Of a stretch of DNA of 32,000 nt, positions 28,800 through 32,000 are shown piece by piece; position 1 is the first letter of the stretch, and every line of letters starts with the position of its first letter. Where the stretch lies: the NCBI RefSeq assembly GCF_000011465.1, contig NC_005072.1:90001-122000 (forward strand), read 5' to 3'. This DNA is from Prochlorococcus marinus subsp. pastoris str. CCMP1986 (GTDB taxonomy: Bacteria; Cyanobacteriota; Cyanobacteriia; PCC-6307; Cyanobiaceae). The position numbers and the translations under genes were made by a program. The notes beneath the pieces are model-generated. The model saw only the letters and a program-made list of their open reading frames with translations, was not told the origin of the DNA and did no database searches.

Positions 28800-29682
28800 A
28801 TTTATATACTTTTTCTTGTAATTTAATACTGATCACTTTTTGGCCATCTAGTACTAATTTTGCTCCATCACCTAATAATAATTTCAGTATTGATCCTGGC
28901 ACTGGAAGTAGATCTGGTCTTTTGAGGCATCTACCTAAAGTTTTGGAGAAATACTTCATTAATACTGGCTCCGGTGCAACAGCGTTATATACCCCGGAAA
29001 ATTGTTTATCTACTAGTGCTTTAATTATTAATCCACATAAATCACTTCTATGAATCCAACTCATCCATTGATTCCCATCTCCGATTGGACCTCCCAGTCC
29101 AATTTTAAATACTGGAAGCATTTTTCCTAGTGCACCTCCTTCTGCTTCTAAGACTATTCCGATTCTGAAAATTACTAATCTTGAGAAAAATGGTTTTCCG
29201 TTCGCAACTTCCTCCCATTTATTGCAAAGGTTGGCTAAAAAATCTTTACCACTCTGACTATTTTCATTGAACTCTTGAGTTAAGCTTGTCCCATAAAAAC
29301 CTATTGCCGAACCATTTACTATGACTTTTGGATTGATTCTCGATTTTTTCAGGGTTTCCATCAAAAACTTAGTTGTATTAATCCTGCTTTTTTTTATCTC
29401 TTCTTTTTGAATATCAGTCCATTTTTTATCTGCTATTGGTTCACCTATTAAATTAATTATCCCATCAGAATCTTTTAAATTACTTAATAGATTTTCATTG
29501 CTCCAATTTTGTTTTTTTGAAAGATCTATTTTAAGAAATTTAAATTTATCTAGCGGAATATTTATCTTCAAATTATTAATATTTTTTCTACTGATAATGC
29601 AAAGTTCGTGGCCTTCTTTGAGTAAAGCTGGGACTAACTCTTTCCCCACAAAACCCGTACATCCAAGGAGTAGCAGACGCAT
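28750..29682 (-). CDS. TIGR01777/SDR39U1-like NAD-dependent epimerase
   Basis: LLLGCTGFVGKELVPALLKEGHEL, NGSAIGFYG, FKIGLGGPIGDGNQWMSWIHRSDL. Confidence 0.9.
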   Translation of the reverse strand: MRLLLLGCTGFVGKELVPALLKEGHELCIISRKNINNLKINIPLDKFKFLKIDLSKKQNWSNENLLSNLKDSDGIINLIGEPIADKKWTDIQKEEIKKSRINTTKFLMETLKKSRINPKVIVNGSAIGFYGTSLTQEFNENSQSGKDFLANLCNKWEEVANGKPFFSRLVIFRIGIVLEAEGGALGKMLPVFKIGLGGPIGDGNQWMSWIHRSDLCGLIIKALVDKQFSGVYNAVAPEPVLMKYFSKTLGRCLKRPDLLPVPGSILKLLLGDGAKLVLDGQKVISIKLQEKVYKFKYPLLEKAIYASTKN

Positions 29683-29825
29683 ATTTTTAATTATGTAATA
29701 AATCTAGACTATTTAAATTTTGTATCAATTGTAATTATTATGGTGTAATCAATTTAAAAAAAATTAATGAAAAAAGTTTTTTGTATAATAAATTTTGAAA
29801 TCTAAATAAATTAATAAATCTCATC

Positions 29826-30068
29826 ATGACTGAGTCGATACCCAAGAAGCCTCTTAAGAAAGGAAGCTTAGTCTTTATAGATAAAAGTATTTATGATGGA
29901 AGTGTCGAAGCATTAGCTAGTGATCAAGATTTACCTAGTTATATATTTGAAGGCCCTGGGGAAATTCTAAGTATTAAAGAAGAATATGCTCAAGTAAGGT
30001 GGCGTCGTCCAGTACCAGATGTTTGGTTTAAATTAGACCAAATTAAAGAATATATAGTTTCAGAATAG
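29826..30068 (+). CDS. ndhO: NAD(P)H-quinone oxidoreductase subunit O
   Basis: KKGSLVFIDKSIY...SLEAxASD-like...YIFEGPGEIL, VRWRRPVPDVWFKLDQIKE. Confidence 0.92.
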   Translation: MTESIPKKPLKKGSLVFIDKSIYDGSVEALASDQDLPSYIFEGPGEILSIKEEYAQVRWRRPVPDVWFKLDQIKEYIVSE

Positions 30069-30072
30069 TTAT

Positions 30073-30750
30073 TCAGGAAATTATAGATTTTTTATCATAA
30101 GCCATTTTTGATTGGATTCTTTTTGCTTCTTTCATCATTTCTTTTCCATCAAATAAATAATCATCTACATATCCTTGTGTGTACTTATCAAGTTCTGATA
30201 AAGCATCTTTAACTTGAGAAAAACAATGATAAAGATCTAAACCTAAAGAGGATATTGGATTGGGCACAGATATTGACTTATAAAGCTTATCAACTTTTTC
30301 AATTTTTCTTTGGGAAACAGTGATGTAACTGCAAAAATTATCCATCAATTCATCATCATATGGATCAGCAGATAGTTCCTTAATTTCTTGACTCAGAGGT
30401 TTGATTATTTGGGTAATAAATCTATTGGTAGGATTATAAATATTTTTAATCCAATTTTTAACTTCATTATCTTTTATTGTAGAACTATATTTTGTTGTAT
30501 TAACTTTCTCTTCCCAATTTTCATTTCTGAAATTAGATGATTGTTTTAATGAAAATAGGGTTTTATCATATTGTTCTTTTTTAAAAGGATCATTAAGAGT
30601 CTCCCATGCATTTTGTATTGCAAGAAACCTATCTTTTTCACCTCCTGCATCGGGGTGATGTTGTTTAACTAAGCGACGATAAGAAGATTTAATTTCACCT
30701 TGAGTTGCATTTTCCTTTACCTCTAATTCTTTATAAAGATTTTTGATCAT
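30073..30750 (-). CDS. DnaJ (J-domain) protein
   Basis: YKELEVKENATQGEIKSSYRRLVKQHHPDAGG: HPD motif and J-domain pattern. Confidence 0.9.
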   Translation of the reverse strand: MIKNLYKELEVKENATQGEIKSSYRRLVKQHHPDAGGEKDRFLAIQNAWETLNDPFKKEQYDKTLFSLKQSSNFRNENWEEKVNTTKYSSTIKDNEVKNWIKNIYNPTNRFITQIIKPLSQEIKELSADPYDDELMDNFCSYITVSQRKIEKVDKLYKSISVPNPISSLGLDLYHCFSQVKDALSELDKYTQGYVDDYLFDGKEMMKEAKRIQSKMAYDKKSIIS

Positions 30751-30766
30751 ATCTAAATATCCTTGC

Positions 30767-31735
30767 CTATAGATAACCGTCTTTTCTAGCTTTTATTGCA
30801 GTGTTTGATTCAAACATTGCTGTAGATAAGTATCTTTCACCAAAACTCGGAAGAATCACTATTAATCTTTGATTAATAAGCTCTTTCCTTTGACCTATTT
30901 TGATTGTTGCTGCCAAAGCAGCTCCGCTACTAATTCCTGATAAAAGACCCTCTAATCGAGCTAATAACCTCCCATAATAAAATGCTTCTTCATCATCTAT
31001 CTTAAAAATTTCATCTATTAAATGAGTGTCAAGTACCTTAGGAACGAAGCCTGCACCAATCCCCTGGATAGAATGAGAACCAGCTTTTTCTCCTGAAATT
31101 ACAGCGCTTTTTGCGGGCTCTACTGCATATATTTTGCAATTTGGATTAACTTTTTTTAGAAATCGAGAACATCCAGTTATGGTTCCTCCAGTACCAACTC
31201 CAGAAACTAATCCATCAATAGTTTGATTAGATTGATCCCAAATTTCTTTAGCTGTGGTCCTTTCATGAATTTCTGGATTTGCAAGATTTTCAAACTGGTT
31301 AAACTGAAAGCTATTTGGAATACTTGAAGATAATTCACTTGCTAAATCTAGAGCACCGTTCATTCCTTCTTTGCCAGGAGTGAGTTGTAATTCTGCCCCA
31401 TATGCTCTTAGCATTGCCCTTCTCTCAATACTCATAGTATCTGGCATAGTTAATATCAATCTATAACCTTTAGCTGCTGCAACCATTGCTAAAGCAATTC
31501 CAGTATTTCCACTTGTTGCCTCAATTAATGTTGTTTTCCCAGGTAAAATTAAACCATCTTTTTCGGCTGAATTTAACATCGAATAAGCAATACGATCTTT
31601 GACAGATGCTGATGGATTAAAACTTTCAAGTTTCGCTATTATTTCTGGATGACAATTACAGTATTTTTTTATGCGATCTAATTTTACTAATGGTGTTTTG
31701 CCAACTAAAGAAGTAATATCACCTGCTATTTCCAT
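30767..31735 (-). CDS. cysK: O-acetylserine (thiol)-lyase / cysteine synthase
   Basis: SLVGKTPLVKLDRI, NPSASVKDRIAYSM, PLP-phosphate motif GTGGTITG, EATSGNTGIALA. Confidence 0.93.
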   Translation of the reverse strand: MEIAGDITSLVGKTPLVKLDRIKKYCNCHPEIIAKLESFNPSASVKDRIAYSMLNSAEKDGLILPGKTTLIEATSGNTGIALAMVAAAKGYRLILTMPDTMSIERRAMLRAYGAELQLTPGKEGMNGALDLASELSSSIPNSFQFNQFENLANPEIHERTTAKEIWDQSNQTIDGLVSGVGTGGTITGCSRFLKKVNPNCKIYAVEPAKSAVISGEKAGSHSIQGIGAGFVPKVLDTHLIDEIFKIDDEEAFYYGRLLARLEGLLSGISSGAALAATIKIGQRKELINQRLIVILPSFGERYLSTAMFESNTAIKARKDGYL

Positions 31736-31891
31736 GGAAAAATTTTTACAAAATTAAATTTGTTCATTATTATTTTAAATGTATTTATACGTCTTTTATA
31801 AAAAAATTTTAAATTGAACTTAATTTCAAAACAACTTCTTAGAAAAGATTGTTCTATAGTTTGTTTATAATATAAAATTTACAATTCTTTT

Positions 31892-32000
31892 ATGTATTCT
31901 CTTGAAATAAGTCTAAGATATTCCCCCTTTCCCCTTTCAATTCAGAAGAAAGAGTATGAGGATATTAAAAGAATCTATGATGAAATCAAAGATTCTATGA
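31892..32000 (+). CDS. Hypothetical protein, truncated by window end
   Basis: Manual translation MYSLEISLRYSPFPLSIQKKEYEDIKRIYDEIKDSM... stays open to the window edge; not in supplied track. Confidence 0.55.
   Translation, partial: MYSLEISLRYSPFPLSIQKKEYEDIKRIYDEIKDSM

Noticed and set aside
28772-29698. Plus ORFs 28772-29053 and 29498-29698 opposite the epimerase gene
   Set aside because: Antisense to conserved SDR/epimerase motifs (TGFVG and downstream).
1-32000. Search for CRISPR arrays, transposons, integrases, phage or defence genes, tRNA/rRNA
   Set aside because: No spaced repeats, transposase/integrase-like proteins or tRNA-like cloverleaf candidates were seen by eye. Gaps are short and AT-rich; a tRNAscan or Rfam run would be the decisive check.

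Overview
This window is an AT-rich, densely packed chromosomal segment. Protein similarity and gene content (hli-type protein, NdhO, zeta-carotene desaturase, DUF3120/DUF2973/CRR7-like cyanobacterial proteins) indicate a high-light Prochlorococcus-like picocyanobacterium. This assignment comes from family recognition, not a database search. It looks like core genome: K+ transport (KtrB/KtrA), ABC-F ATPase, HtrA protease, YihY, IMPase-like protein, TolC-like protein, PDZ/radical-SAM oxidoreductase, nadB, VKOR-thioredoxin fusion, rimO, a RibD_C reductase plus tandem PTPS pair, aroK, GST, rbfA, hemD, zds, HesB/IscA, TPR, LpxB-like glycosyltransferase, TIGR01777-type epimerase, ndhO, DnaJ-domain protein and cysK. 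I found no rRNA, tRNA, CRISPR array, transposase or phage gene, and no convincing defence or other novel multi-gene system. The points most worth a second look are small: three unlisted mini-ORFs (a 48-aa HLIP, a 30-aa PetL-like peptide, a 47-aa twin-CX3C peptide), a Nif11-like leader-type protein ending in a bare Gly-Gly-Leu, and a RibD_C reductase overlapping a double-domain PTPS whose first domain has lost its catalytic His.
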